From the NCBI RefSeq assembly GCF_009914755.1, contig NC_060925.1: a stretch of 64,000 nt of DNA, one strand, 5' to 3'. Each line of letters begins with the position of its first letter. The first letter of the stretch is position 1. The stretch comes from the human T2T-CHM13v2.0 reference genome, Homo sapiens. Below the pieces are notes generated by a model. The model was not told the DNA's origin. It made no database searches and saw nothing but the letters and a program-made list of their open reading frames with translations. The translations under genes were made by a program, and so were the position numbers. Positions 17,501 to 33,600 of the stretch are shown piece after piece.

Positions 17501-17779
17501 TCCCACATAATTGAATGCATATTCCTTCACCTCTATGAAGGGCCTCTAGCTTAGGGACTATTTTTTATGAAGACATTTGAATTCCTTTAAGTATTGACCA
17601 CAAAGCTGGGGACATAGCAACTGTTTAGCAAATCTTCTATTTTACTGATTCATCAATTGGTACAGATGAATTATTCTTGCAGTGCCAGGCCATGGAACTG
17701 ATATAGAGATCTTAGACTTGTTCTTCATACAAAATTGAAATATGCGTGTTTCCATTTGTTAATCTTTTGGTATTTGTAT

Positions 17780-17972
17780 TGCAGAATAAAATACAGGGTA
17801 CTCAATTCAATTTAAATTTCAGATAAACAACAAACAATGTTTTAGCGTTTAAGTTATGTCTCAAATATTGCAAAGGATATACTTCTAATGAAACAAATTA
17901 TTTGTTGTTTATCTGAAATTTAAATTGAAGTAGATATCTTATATTTTTATTTGCTAAATCTGGTAATGCTAT
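17780..17972. mobile_element. MER53 palindromic hAT MITE
   Basis: aatttcagataaacaac / gttgtttatctgaaatt arms; terminal atttgctaaatctggtaa. Confidence 0.8.
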
Positions 17973-18946
17973 TTAGTGTTCATAAAATAATAACTTTAAA
18001 GTATATCCTGAAAAGACAGGGCTATCATTCCTTCTTTTGAAGAAATTAGGATATTTTCATCTCACTGGATCTGAATCTATGTTCTAACCTTGGTCAAAAG
18101 GTACCTACTTATGAGGGGAACAAACATTCTTCTCAGTATGTCACTAAAAACATACTAGTAATATGATCTAAAATGCCTTGAGTCCAACTGCCTTCCAGCT
18201 CTAAAATTCTTTAATTCTAAGTAACTCTCAAATATCTAAACTAGGTTTCTACTTTTCCCAATTAGTATTTGTGTTTCGACCACCCTGCATGGAAACATGG
18301 GTTATGAAATGCCTTCACAAGTATGGTAGAAAATATGCTGCTATTGTATGTTGCCTTGGACTTCTAGAAGTCTAGGTGTTGGTGGTTATTATATGGCGAT
18401 AGTAAAGTAAAATCCTCCCTACTGTTCTAGTACCCACAATACTACTTTTCATACTTTAGCTACTTTTCCTTCAGTCTCTCTGTCAACCTCTGATCTAAAG
18501 ACTTCTTTACTAAATAACATTCTTCTTGCCTAATACTGTATTATGGACTTCATCAGGGAAGGGACTAATCCATCTTTGCATGCTAACGTTTAAGCTGAAA
18601 TAAAGTAATCCCTCAATTAACATTTTGCAGAAACCTCCTTAGGTTCCCCTACAAACCTGCCCCTATTTTAGTTAATAGAATGCATTCCCACTGACATGCT
18701 GGAAATTTCAGCATTGTCTTTGGTCCTCCCTCCAGTCTAATCTGAATCTCACAAGTCATCAAGGCCTGTGGCTTCTGTCTCTGAAATGTCTTTTGAGTCT
18801 TTCTCCCTGTACCTCTTGTCCTTAGACAGTCCCCCTCCCTATTCTGGTTAGTTGCCCCTGACCCACCCACCTTCTTCATAATTCCTTCTTCAACATGGAC
18901 CCGATCATGCCAATACTTTGCTTAAAGCTCCCTGATAAGTCTTTGA

Positions 18947-19278
<332 letters not shown>

Positions 19279-19995
19279 TATCTAGTTGTCTTAGCAGGAT
19301 TTTCACAAACTAGTTGCAAACTATTTTCTATACTCCTTACCACACACTAAGCCACTTAACCTGCACCAGACACACTTGGGATGTTTTTATTTCCTTATTT
19401 CTGTTTCCCCAAATCTTACTTGTTGCATCCTCACCTCAATAAAAATTAATTGTTCCCTGTATAACTTTACCATCAGAGTCCCCTCTCACCTTAAGCAAAC
19501 CTAATTTATAAAATTCCAATTTTATGATAAAAGCATTGTTTTTAAAAATGTTTACAACCAAATTTCTTTAAATAATTAAATCCCCAGACATTTAAAAGTA
19601 TTGTTCTATTACTATAATTCTATTAAAAGTATTATTCCAGCAATTTCGTTTTCAGGAACAACCTGTATTAGATAGGAAAAATTTATTTTAATATATACTC
19701 TGTCCTGCAATGGTTTAGAGAACGAATAGACTTAAGCAGTGTTCATGATCCAGGGGTAATGATAAATAGGTTGGGAAAATTGATAAGTAGCTCAGGGGAA
19801 ACCCTGAAGCTGTACAGTTTATTCTTCCTTGACTAGATTGCTGATCCAACTAAATCCCTAATTATGTCAAGGGTCACAAAGAGGGCAGAGATGAGGTGAG
19901 AGGCTGTGGACCAAGGCAAGACTCAAATAGGAACCTGGATCCAGGAAAGAGTGTCTGTGGCAGTTAATAACGATTAATGCCTGTGTGTTTTTCAG

Positions 19996-20072
19996 AACAT
20001 TGAGCTGAAGGTTGAAGTGGAGAGCTTGAAACGAGAACTCCAGGACAAGAAACAGCATCTGGATAAAACATG
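19996..20072 (+). CDS. PDE4DIP: PDE4DIP coding exon (CM1-type isoforms), NIELKVEVESLKRELQDKKQHLDKT(W), end of CM1 region
   Basis: ttcag acceptor and gtaagt donor; 77 nt; translation matches myomegalin residues ~48-73 and joins in frame to the next exon. Confidence 0.96.
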
Positions 20073-20969
20073 GTAAGTTGTAATTTTAAGCTCTGGTCCT
20101 TTCCAGAGTCTGTCTTACTAATCTGAGAGCAATAGATTTGGAACCAAATTCCTTAACCTATCTGTGGCATTTGAATCCTGTATCTGATTCAGGAACTGAA
20201 ACAATAGATTTTCATATGCTGTGTTTCCCTTGGGCTCTTTCTCTATTACTAGGTCAGATGGACCTTGTCATAAGTTGGTAAATCCACCAGACCTAAGACT
20301 GCAAACTTCCTATCAGTCAGCAATCAACTAAATTGAAACAGTGAATGTTTCCACTTTTAGTAGAGACAAATGCAAATAAGCTTTATCAAAAAGTATCAGT
20401 CAGCCTATAATAACATCAAGAGCTGAGATAACATTTGGGGAAAATGGGCACTCTCATACACTACCAGTGAGTGTAAATTGTGACAACATTTTTAGTATGG
20501 GATGCTACCTATTATAATAAAAAAGGAGGATTTCCTTTGATCAAACAATCCCGAGAAGGAATCTGTTTCTTATAAATAAAAGCGTTAGTGTGAAAGGATA
20601 AATGTATAAGGATGTTTATTGCATCATTAGTTGTAATGGCAAAAAACTAGAAACAATTATCCATCAATAGGGCATTGATTGAATAAATTTTGGTATTACT
20701 ACACTGTGGACTATTATGCAGTTATTGAAGAATGAGTTAGCTCTATATTATTGTCCTAGTGGGAATTCCTTGATTAAAGTAAGGGGGAAAAGTTGCTGAG
20801 TGATATTTATAGTATACTGAGGAAGAGTGAGATCACAGTCCGTGATAGGGAGAAGACTTGATATTTTTCTTTATATACATTTATATTGCTAAAATGGTTA
20901 CTTTTATAATTTACAGTTTTTTAAAAGCTTAGTGTTAAATGACAAGTATTACTAAAATTATTAAAAATA

Positions 20970-22530
<1,561 letters not shown>

Positions 22531-22598
22531 CAACTTTAATGGTTCCACTTGCTAAACTGTATGTCTGGCTCTGATTGGCTAATGCTCTGTGGTTTTAG

Positions 22599-22722
22599 GG
22601 CTGATGTGGAGAATCTCAACAGTCAGAATGAAGCTGAGCTCCGACGCCAGTTTGAGGAGCGACAGCAGGAGACGGAGCATGTTTATGAGCTCTTGGAGAA
22701 TAAGATCCAGCTTCTGCAGGAG
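22599..22722 (+). CDS. PDE4DIP: PDE4DIP coding exon, ADVENLNSQNEAELRRQF...IQLLQE
   Basis: tttag acceptor and gtgagg donor; 124 nt; phase 2 start matches the previous exon. Confidence 0.96.
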
Positions 22723-22911
22723 GTGAGGAGTTCCCAAAGTCCATAGGTAGGGGTTCTCTTTTATTAACACTCCTCTTCCTACTGCTCTGCCTTCTGGCAT
22801 TCACCTTTTCCGTCTCTACTTTCCCTCTGAAATTCATCAATGTTCCTGGGTCTTAGGGCTCCTAATCTAGGTAGAAATTTTGCAGCCTCTCAGTTTTTGT
22901 TCTTTTTCCAG

Positions 22912-23087
22912 GAATCCAGGCTAGCAAAGAATGAAGCTGCGCGGATGGCAGCTCTGGTGGAAGCAGAGAAGGAGTGTAACCTGGAGCTCTCAGAGAAACT
23001 GAAGGGAGTCACCAAAAACTGGGAAGATGTACCAGGAGACCAGGTCAAGCCCGACCAATACACTGAGGCCCTGGCCCAGAGGGACAA
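22912..23087 (+). CDS. PDE4DIP: PDE4DIP coding exon, ESRLAKNEAARM...ALAQRD(K); read-through of the donor gives a short isoform ending RDK-stop (TAG 23089-23091)
   Basis: ttccag acceptor and AA|gtaggt donor; 176 nt; coiled-coil translation matches myomegalin. Confidence 0.95.
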
Positions 23088-23525
23088 GTAGGTGCCTTCG
23101 GTGCTCTTTTTGTCGCTTGTCTTTTGCCCATTCTCAAGGCATACAGCAGCTGTCCTGTTCCCTTTCAAGGACTGACAGTAGGAGCTTCACTATTTCTAAG
23201 ACTTTATGGGCCCACAACCGAAGACATTCTTTTCAGGGTTGAATTTTCAGTGGTATCCATTATGAAAACTCACTTCATGGATTCAGTGGGCAAATAGCGG
23301 CAAGCAAGAGACATAGATTCACTTATTCAGCAAACATTTACTGGGCATGCCACATGCCAGATACCGGGCTAAGTATCTGGCATGTGTTACAGAAACAAAA
23401 GACCTAATTCTTGTCACCAAGAAACATGTTACATGATTTTAATAAGTTCCCTGATAGAAGAGCATGGGGTGCTCTGGGGAAATATTGGAGGGTCATCCAT
23501 TCCACATTAAAAGAGCAAGTTGTCT

Positions 23526-23927
23526 GCTGTGGTCTGAATGTTTGTGTCCCATCCCCACCTCCCTCCCCCACCAGTTTATATGTTGAAATCTTAACCCTTA
23601 AGGTTAATACTTCTGCCTCCAGAAGTAGTATGAGGTGGAGCCATTAGGAGGTGATTAAATCATAGACATTGGAGATGGAGCCCTCATAAATGGGATTAAT
23701 ACGCTTGTAAAAGAGACCCCAGAGAGCTAGTTAGCCCATTCTACCATGTGAGGATATAGTGGGAATGCACCGTTATGAGCCAGAGTGTGAACCTTCACCA
23801 GACATTGAACCTGTCAGTGACTTGATCTAGGACTTCCCAGCCTCCAAAACTGTGAGAAATACATTTCCGTTGTTTATAAGCCACCCAGTTTATGGTGTTT
23901 TGTTATAGCAGCCCAAAAAGACTAAGA
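23526..23927 (+). mobile_element. MLT1A-type MaLR LTR
   Basis: tgctgtggtctgaatgtttgtgtccc start; ttataagccacccagtttatgg...gactaaga end. Confidence 0.85.
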
Positions 23928-25294
23928 TAATGCCATTGAAGTTTTCCTAGAGGAAGCGAAATCTGAGCTGAGCTTTGAAGGATGAATAGGAGGTAGAATA
24001 AATAGGTAGAAAGTGGATAGGGAAAGGAAATATTCTATGCAGAAGGAGAAACTATGGAGGGAAGACACAGGGAAAGGAATATTTCAAGAACTTTAAATAA
24101 TTGTACATAACTGGAGCAAGTGAGAAGACAAGTGAGAGGTAAGCTGTTTTGAGAATAGGGGTCTGATTGTGCCAGCTTTGTATACCATTATAAGGAACTT
24201 GGACTTTGTCCTGAAGGTAACTGGGCAATTATTGAGGTCACCACCATCTACTGTCTGGATTACCGAGGAAACTTTCTAAATGTCCTCTCCACTTCCAGTC
24301 CTGCTCCTCTCATTCAATCTCAACCTAATAATTCAGAGTAGTTCTGAAATAGATAATTCAACAACAACAAATTGGCAAATAATTTAGCCTCTTAGGTGCA
24401 TAAGACTGTGGTGGTATAAAAAGCTTTAAGGAGCTTTTAACTGAATAGGCAAAAACCACATGTGCATACCATGACCAATGTGATCTTTCCAAGACATAAA
24501 TTTAATCGCACCATGGCAGAGCCATTTAAGAAGCTTTGCAATACCTTTAGGAGATAAGATCCATACTCCTAATGTGACCATCAAAGCCTTTTATGATGTA
24601 ACCTCTGATTTCTCCCACACTCATCACCCACCACCATTCCTTAACTTCATTCATGCCAGGCTAGTAATAATAATGATGGCTAAGCTTTGTTGAGCTCTTA
24701 CCATACAGCTGAGTACTTTATGTTCTTGTTTAACAGCCCCATGAGATATGAATTATTATACTTTATTAATGAAAAAATTGGCATCTGGAGACTTGTGAAA
24801 CATGGTTTCAGGGATTGCTGACATCCAAACCCTGAAGCCATACTGCCTCCAGAAGCATAAGAAGCTATGGCAAGTCTCCAGAATTTTGCTCATGCTTTTC
24901 CTTCTGTGGGAAACATCTGCCAACTTTTTCCCTTCTAGTGAACCTCACTAAGGCATCAATCGTCATTTCTTTGAAGGCTTTGTGATAGCAGAATGAAGTT
25001 TCTGTATTGTTTCTTTTATATATATACATATTGTACAATTCTCAGTATGGTACTGTATTTGCTTTCAGATTTTCCCTACTAGGTTCCCCAAGACAGTGTC
25101 ATATTTGAACCCCAATAAAAAAAAACTGAACTAAAAACCAAAACAAAACCCCAAGTAAAGCACATGCACATCTGAAAATAAATTGAGGCCACTCATCAGA
25201 TGACCTTGAACAATTTTGGAGAGTAGGAGAACAGATCCTCTGTGGAGACTAAGGGTCAAAGAGATGAGCAAAGTTTGAGGTTTAAGAAAAGTAG

Positions 25295-25727
<433 letters not shown>

Positions 25728-25752
25728 TAAAAGTTATTTCTCCTGGGAATCA

Positions 25753-26164
<412 letters not shown>

Positions 26165-26344
26165 TCAGCACAGTATTTTACAACTTAACCCTAGTCTGAG
26201 GGTCTGAATTTTCAGTCTCTTCTCCAGCCATTGCCTCTTCCCTGGGCCTTTGTTCCAGTGACTCTTCCCAAATTGTACACTGGGTCTTCATGCCTTTGTT
26301 CCTTTGTTCAATCTCCTCCTTCTGAGCCTGGAAAACCACCCAAG

Positions 26345-26870
26345 TCTTTGCTATTGTAAATAGTGTGCAGTGAACATTTGCATGCATATGTCTTCATGGT
26401 AGAATGATTTATATTCCTCTGAGTATACCCAGAAATGGGATTGCTGGGTCGAATGGTAGTTCTGCTTTTTGTTCTTTGAGGAATCACCATACTGCTTTCT
26501 ACAGTGGTTGAACTAATTTAACACTCCCACCAACAGTGTATAAGTGTTTCCTTTTCTCTGCAACCTCACTAACGTCTGTTATTTTTTGACTTTTTAACTA
26601 TAGTCATTCTGACTGGTGTGAGATGGTATCACATGTGGTTTTGATTGCATTTCTCTAGTGATCAGTGTTATTGAGCTTTTTATCATATGCTTGTTGGCTG
26701 CAGGTACGTCTTTTGAAGTGTCTGTTTATGTCCTTTGCCCACTTTTTAATGGGGTTGCTTTTCTTTTGTATATTTGTTTACATTTCTTATAGATGCTGGA
26801 TATTGGACCTTTGTCCAATGCATAGTTTTCAAATATTTTCCCCCATTCTGTAGGTTGTCTGTTTACTCTG
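26345..26870 (-). mobile_element. internal L1 ORF2 fragment without poly-A
   Basis: gggattgctgggtcgaatggtagttct and cattctgactggtgtgagatggtatc motifs. Confidence 0.9.
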
Positions 26871-27043
26871 AAACCACTCAATCTTTAAAATTTCTTCTCC
26901 TGAGCATCGCTATACTCCTTCAAGTCAAATGAATTATTTCTTTATCTTTCATCCTATAGCTCTATGGCAGCACTCAATGTACTATATGGTGCCTCTATTC
27001 TGGTAGCATTTATTATATTCTATTACTATTATTTGCTTATATA

Positions 27044-28063
27044 CAATCATGCATCACAAACTACAGGGATATGTTCTGAGAAATGTATCTTTAGGCAATT
27101 TCATTCTTCATTGTGTGGCCATCACAGAGCATACTTACACAAACCTTGATGGGATAGGCTACTGCACACCTAGGCTATATGGTATAGCCTATGGCTTCTG
27201 GGCTACAAACCTGTATGACATATTACTGTACTGAATACTGTAGGCAATTGTAACACAATGGTAACCATTTGTGTATCTAAACATAGAAAAGATACAGTAA
27301 AAATACTGTATAAAAGATAACAAACAGTACACCTGTTTAGGGCACTGACCATAAATGGAACTTGCAGCACTGGAACATGCTGTGGGTGATTTAGCGAGTG
27401 AGTAGTGAAGTGGATGAATGTGAAGGCCTAAAACACATTTTGTAGTCATATAAAAATATTTTCCTTATATCCTTATTCTAGAAAAGGTTTATTCTGTTTT
27501 TAAATTTTTAATTTTTTTTTTTTACTTTTTAAACTTTTTTGTTACAAACTAAGACACAAACATACACACAAGCCTAGGCCTACACAGTGTCAGGATCATC
27601 AGCTTCACTGTCTTCCACCTTTACATCTTGTCCGCTGGAAGGTCTTCAGGGACAATAACACACATGGAGCTGTCATCTCCTATGATAACAATGCCTTCTT
27701 CTGGAATAGCTCCTGAGGGACCTGCCTGAGGCTACTTTACAGTTATTTTGTTTAATAAGTAGAAAGAGTACACTCTAAAACGACAATGAAAGTATAGTAA
27801 ATACATAAACCAGTAACATTTATTATCAAGTATTACATACTATACATATGTTATATTTGTATACAACTGCCAGTGCAGTAGGTTTGCTTTACACCAGCAA
27901 CACCACAAACAAGTGAGAAATACATTGCACTATGATGTTACTGCAGCTAGGACTTTACTAGGTGATAGGAATTTTTCAGCTCCAGTATAATCTTATTGGA
28001 CCATCATCATACATGCAGTATGATGACATAATGTTGACAGAAACAGTATATGGTACGTGACTG
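27044..28063. mobile_element. Tigger3/MER7-type DNA transposon (~1 kb) with TA TSD
   Basis: TA-caatcatgc ... gtgactg-TA ends; ctactgcacacctaggctatatggtatagcct motif. Confidence 0.82.
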
Positions 28064-28545
28064 TAGCTGTATGTCTTCTTACTCTCCAAATCACTAGCAA
28101 ACACATGCTGGTGGAATTTAAATTTTTGCAAAACAGCGATTGTTTCTTTTCCAACTTCATATTTCCAGTACTTGGTAGAGTGCATTGAGTACACAAAATA
28201 GTTATCCAAGAACCGTTTATTGAATGGAACAGCCACTACCACCACCACCAAAAAATTCTAGGCCCTTATTCCAAGAGTTAAATTCCTATGGTCTAAAGAT
28301 CCATGGATTAACTTCAGGAGGTCCATGAACGTGGTGAAAATGTAAGCAAAAAGTTGTTTGTGTATATATTTGGGGGCTGGGCAGAAAATACATGGTTTTC
28401 TAAACAAATGTGTCAAAAGGTTCAATGATCCAAAAGGATAAAAACCTGCTATACTAGACCATGCTATCTTTGGAATGGGCTGAAAAAATAAGGTAATAAT
28501 AGTATCATGATCATAATTACTGTCCTTACTTTTCCTTTGCTTCAG

Positions 28546-28663
28546 GAGAATTGAAGAACTGAATCAGAGCCTGGCTGCCCAGGAGAGGCTTGTAGAACAG
28601 CTATCTCGGGAGAAACAACAACTGCTACATCTGTTGGAGGAGCCAACTAGCATGGAAGTGCAG
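28546..28663 (+). CDS. PDE4DIP: PDE4DIP coding exon, RIEELNQSLAAQERLVEQ...PTSMEVQ
   Basis: polypyrimidine tract plus ttcag acceptor, gtaagg donor; 118 nt; phase 2 in, phase 0 out. Confidence 0.96.
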
Positions 28664-28734
28664 GTAAGGTTTGGTCAGTACATCCAGAAGCACTTGCTTC
28701 ATGCTTTCATAAGCCCTGCTTTTTAATATCTAAG

Positions 28735-29326
28735 TGTATTTGTTATCTATTGTTGTGTAACAGATTACTACAAACTTAGCAGTTTAAAACACCTTATTTT
28801 TGTTATCTCACAGTTTCTGTGAGTCAAGAGTCCAGATATGGCTTAGCTGAGATCTGTTTGGAGTCTCATAAGTGTGAAATCAAGATGTAGACTGGGCTCT
28901 TTTCTCATCTGGAGGCATACCTAGGGAAGGATCGGCTTCTAAGCTCCTCAGGCTGTTGGAAGGATTTATTGCTGTGTAGCTGTAGAAGTTATGGCAGCTT
29001 CCTTCTTCATAGCCAGCAGCAGAAAGAGTCTGTTACTTTTCTCACTTCTAGACTTTCTTTTAAGGGGCTCATTAGGGCAGGCCCACCAGCATAATATCCC
29101 TTTTCGTTAACTTAAAATCAACTGATTAGCAGCCCTAATTACATCTATATGACCTCTTTACTTTTTTCATATAACATAGCATAACTATGCAGTGACATTT
29201 CATGACCTTTGCCATATTGGTTAGAAGTTACAGGTTCTACCCATCCTCAAGGGGTGAGGATAACACAAAGATGTGATGGCCAGTGGGTGAGAATTATAGG
29301 GACCACCTTAGAATTTGCCAGCCACA
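28735..29326 (-). mobile_element. MLT1-type MaLR LTR starting ~70 bp after the 28663 donor
   Basis: tatctattgttgtgtaacagattactacaaacttagcagtttaaaaca...tctcacagtttctgtgagtcaag. Confidence 0.78.
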
Positions 29327-29573
29327 TCAAGTGATTTATAATTATATAGAACATACAATGTTTTAGGGGTTTTTTTGAGGGTTAAGTTGTAAAATACTGT
29401 GCCGAAGTACACAAACTATGGGTTCAAATAAACAGTTATTGATCATCTATGAGCTAGGCATATTCTCTGTTTGTATATATTGGAGTATGAACCTTCCAGG
29501 TCCTTGAAAATGTGCTGGGTACTAGTTGAAATGGTGATTACTATTTCCGTACAAGTGTATCAGATAATGATAG

Positions 29574-29930
<357 letters not shown>

Positions 29931-30561
29931 TTACCTCGAAGGGAACTCCTCTCCTTCATTCAACTTTTAATTTACTAAAAAGATATTTTCTAAAAGAACT
30001 TTAGAATATACCTGCACCCAAACAACAAAAGCAATTACCTGGTATCCTTACATTCTTGCACTGGTCTTAGACTACTGATAAGACAAAATGTGGGTGGTTT
30101 ACTTTACTGGTTCACATATGGAAAGGTTGGGGTCAAGATAAAAGAGCAATGATAAGAATTAGTTTAAACCACTGCTTCCCAACCTTTCCATTTCATGGCA
30201 AATGATAATATTTGTAAGGTATAGAGGTAAATGGATGAAGCTTCTCACTTGGAGGTGGCCAATTTGGGTGCTTAGGCCACTATGAGGGCAGGAAAAAATT
30301 ACTATCTTGGCCACAATTACAAACTTCTTAGACTGCAGCTCCATTTTGGTTGGAAAGCATTGGTTAACAAACTCAAGAAATAATGTGTGAACATAATTTT
30401 ACAAGTATGAATACAAATTGAAGTTCATAGGCTTTTTGCAAGATACATGTTGAAATATGTGGAAATTTTCTTAAGGGACTCTTGAAAATATTTCGTAATA
30501 CATTTAATTAGAAAAAGCTCAACTGAGAATAAGAAGAATTGAATTTCCATCCTGATTATTT

Positions 30562-30616
30562 AAGCTGATAAGAACAGATACTACACTTGATCTTAGCCAA
30601 AAGGCCGAGAAGCGAT
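30562..30616 (-). pseudogene. U2 snRNA 3'-truncated (tailless) retropseudogene, first ~55 nt of U2
   Basis: reverse complement reads ATCGCTTCTCGGCCTTTTGGCTAAGATCAAGTGTAGTATCTGTTCTTATCAG; flanked by perfect 16-bp direct repeats tccatcctgattattt (30546-30561, 30617-30632). Confidence 0.95.
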
Positions 30617-33600
30617 TCCATCCTGATTATTTCTTAGCTGTATGACTATGGATATGTCACTTCTCAGCTTCCATATACATAAAATGAGAAGATTAGCTCA
30701 AATAATCTCTATAGTTTCCTATAATGCTAACATTCTATTTTTATCTTATTTCAGAATTTTATTTCATTCTATTTTAGTTCAGAATTTACATGAATATTAT
30801 TTCTTTCAAAATGTTCACCTTCTGAAATGAAATCACTTTTATTGCTCCTTTTGTATTTACAGGCACATAAATACTAAAATATTTTGTACATATACTTATT
30901 TTCATCATCTTTGGTAAGCACTGAAATGAATATATTTAGTTCAGTATTTTCAATGCTAATTAAGGAATTGGTTTGGTACCAGTTTTCAGAACAGACTTAA
31001 AGAACCAAAAGATTATAATTTCAAAGAGACTAAATTATTTATATTCTACTCTAAAAGGATGCTTAGAACAAGAATAAGTACAGCATCCAGGGGATAATAT
31101 TGCATGACCATTGGGCAGAAGAAATGCATCAAATCATATAAACTGTACTAAATTGATATGCTTTTTAAACATTGCCTAATAAAAATTTATTGTTGTTATT
31201 ACCCAATACGTTGTACATTTCAAAACCTGATACATTGCGCTGTTTGTTCTATAAGACAATGTTTCCTACCCTTTTTCATAGAAAATTCATTTTCATAGGA
31301 AATGAGTGTACATCTATGGTATTCTGAAATAAGTGCCCATGGCTGCTCATGGTTTGAGGCAATTGCTTATGGCCACCTCAGGACCCATGCACCACCCTGA
31401 GAGCTGAGGGGATCAGCATCTTTGCACAGTGGTGGACCATGCTGAGGTACACTGTGCTGGAATACCCAAGTTGGAAAGCTCTGCCACAGGAGGCCGCTGA
31501 TAGTTGGTCCTCTCAAGTGTGGAGAATAGAAAGCCTCCCATAGCATATTTCCTTGTTTCTCCCTTTGGGTCTACGTCTTATGGGAAAAAAAATTGGGCCC
31601 AAGGACTGGTAGTGTCTTCCCTCAATTTACATAGTAGTTTAATTCATGGAAAAATTTAGTGTAAATTAACATCATGCTCCTATATAAAGTTCTAGGTTCA
31701 GATGATTGTAAACAGTTTTATCATCACCCAATGGAACATTCAAATTCCAAAAGTCATTTGGAATTTGGTACAATACTTTGTCCTGTAACATCCCTTGCCT
31801 CACTTATCATCGTGACAACATCAAAAACAAGAAACACCCCCACAAAATTTCAAAATGCTCTCTAGGAGATGAGACAGTTGCTCAGTGAGTACCACTAGTA
31901 TAGGGAGTCCTAGCCTTCCAAAGGTTTATAGTCCAGTGAAAGACTGGTATGTAAACAAAGAACTAAAATACAGTGTGATAAATGAGGAGACAGAAATACA
32001 CGCATGGTGCTAAAGGAACCCACAGCTGAAAGGAATTAACTCCAAGGAGGAACTCACCTGGAGGTCACCCTTCTGTTGGGCCTTAAAGACTGGATACACC
32101 AGGCAGAAAATAGGAAACGGAGCAATATATACAGTGATGTGGAACACAGCTAAGGAATTGGGAGTAATCGATGTTACCAAAAATAAGTATTGGAGAATGA
32201 TAAAATATATAGCTGGAAAGTACCATAAATGTTGAGCTAAGGGCTTCATGTTGTAGGCACCAGAAAAAAAAAAGCAAGGGGAATAAAAGCATATGATTTG
32301 CATTTAGAAAGGTAATCCTAGTTGTCGTGGAAACTGAGGATGGCTTGAAGAGCATCTGAGATAATTGATGTCACCTCCTCAGAGAGCAAATCATAATCTG
32401 ACACAGCTATGAACTGCTTTGTCAAGTCTGTTCTTTGAATTGGTTGGGGAAAAGAATATTATAAAACCAATTACAAAGCACTTTGTCTCTCCCCTCTGCA
32501 TAGGTAATGTATGGTGAACCTTGCTATTTGTGACACTTGGAGCCTATGTTGTGGGTGTTATCCTTCTCTGCTAACAGTATACTTTCACTGTAACAGTTAT
32601 AGTTCCACTGTATTCTACTCAAACCTTGTCTGCCATGCCAACTGTCACCACAGAAGAAAGACCCTTACAATGTGGAAGGTAAAAGTTCAATTTCTAAGCT
32701 CTGGGCCTGTTCTTCAGAGGCTAAAGAATCTCCTCATCTCCAGTGAAGCCATCCCTGGAATCCCTCACTGATTCAGCTGGAGTATGGAGGAGCTTAAGTT
32801 CTAAAGACCTATTCACTTCCTTTAATTCCACCTATACTTCACAACTGAGAATACCACAAACAGTTGGGCCCTAGAAGAAAGAAGAGCTCACAGATCTTGC
32901 ACTTCTAGGTCTGAATTGTCCAAGTGAAGAACGCTAATTTACTCCACATCCCACAGATAACTATCTCTCAAGTGATCCCAGTATGAAAGTCTGGAGTATG
33001 AGTATAATATACTCACTGTAATATCTGAGTACAGGAAGTTCACTTCAGAGTCTTCATTCTCTCAAATAAGACAGACACTTTTGATAAAGATTATTTTATT
33101 TAATTGATCTTACAGTCTTTCTAGCTGTTTTCCTTTTCCATTCTACCAAAACATTCTACAACATTCATTTTAGTGGGAGTGCACTTGCACAGTATTTATG
33201 AACGTCTATAATTAACTTCTTGTAAAGCAAAAAAAGTACCACCAACTAGATATGCCATTGACTGACATCATTCCATATCTCCTTCCAATCCTTCTTGATG
33301 TCCATTCAGATCAATAGTATGTGTGATCAGAGTGTTGAGGAGCTTTTTGATGTGAGGCTGTGACATCTTGTCCACATCTTTTTCACTAGGGAGTCAGAAA
33401 ATCTAATAAAGTTTACAAAGCATTTTTCTCTTCCTCAGTAAAGGTATCTACAAAGTTGCAGGGAAAAGCTAGCAATTGTTTCAGTTATTGATATTATTTC
33501 CTTCTACAGAATGTTAGAAGCTTCATCTCAATGAAGGTTTTAAATGAAACCAGACCTGGAGGGTGTGAAGGCAGAAAAAATGATGCCCTTGCAAAGGGAG

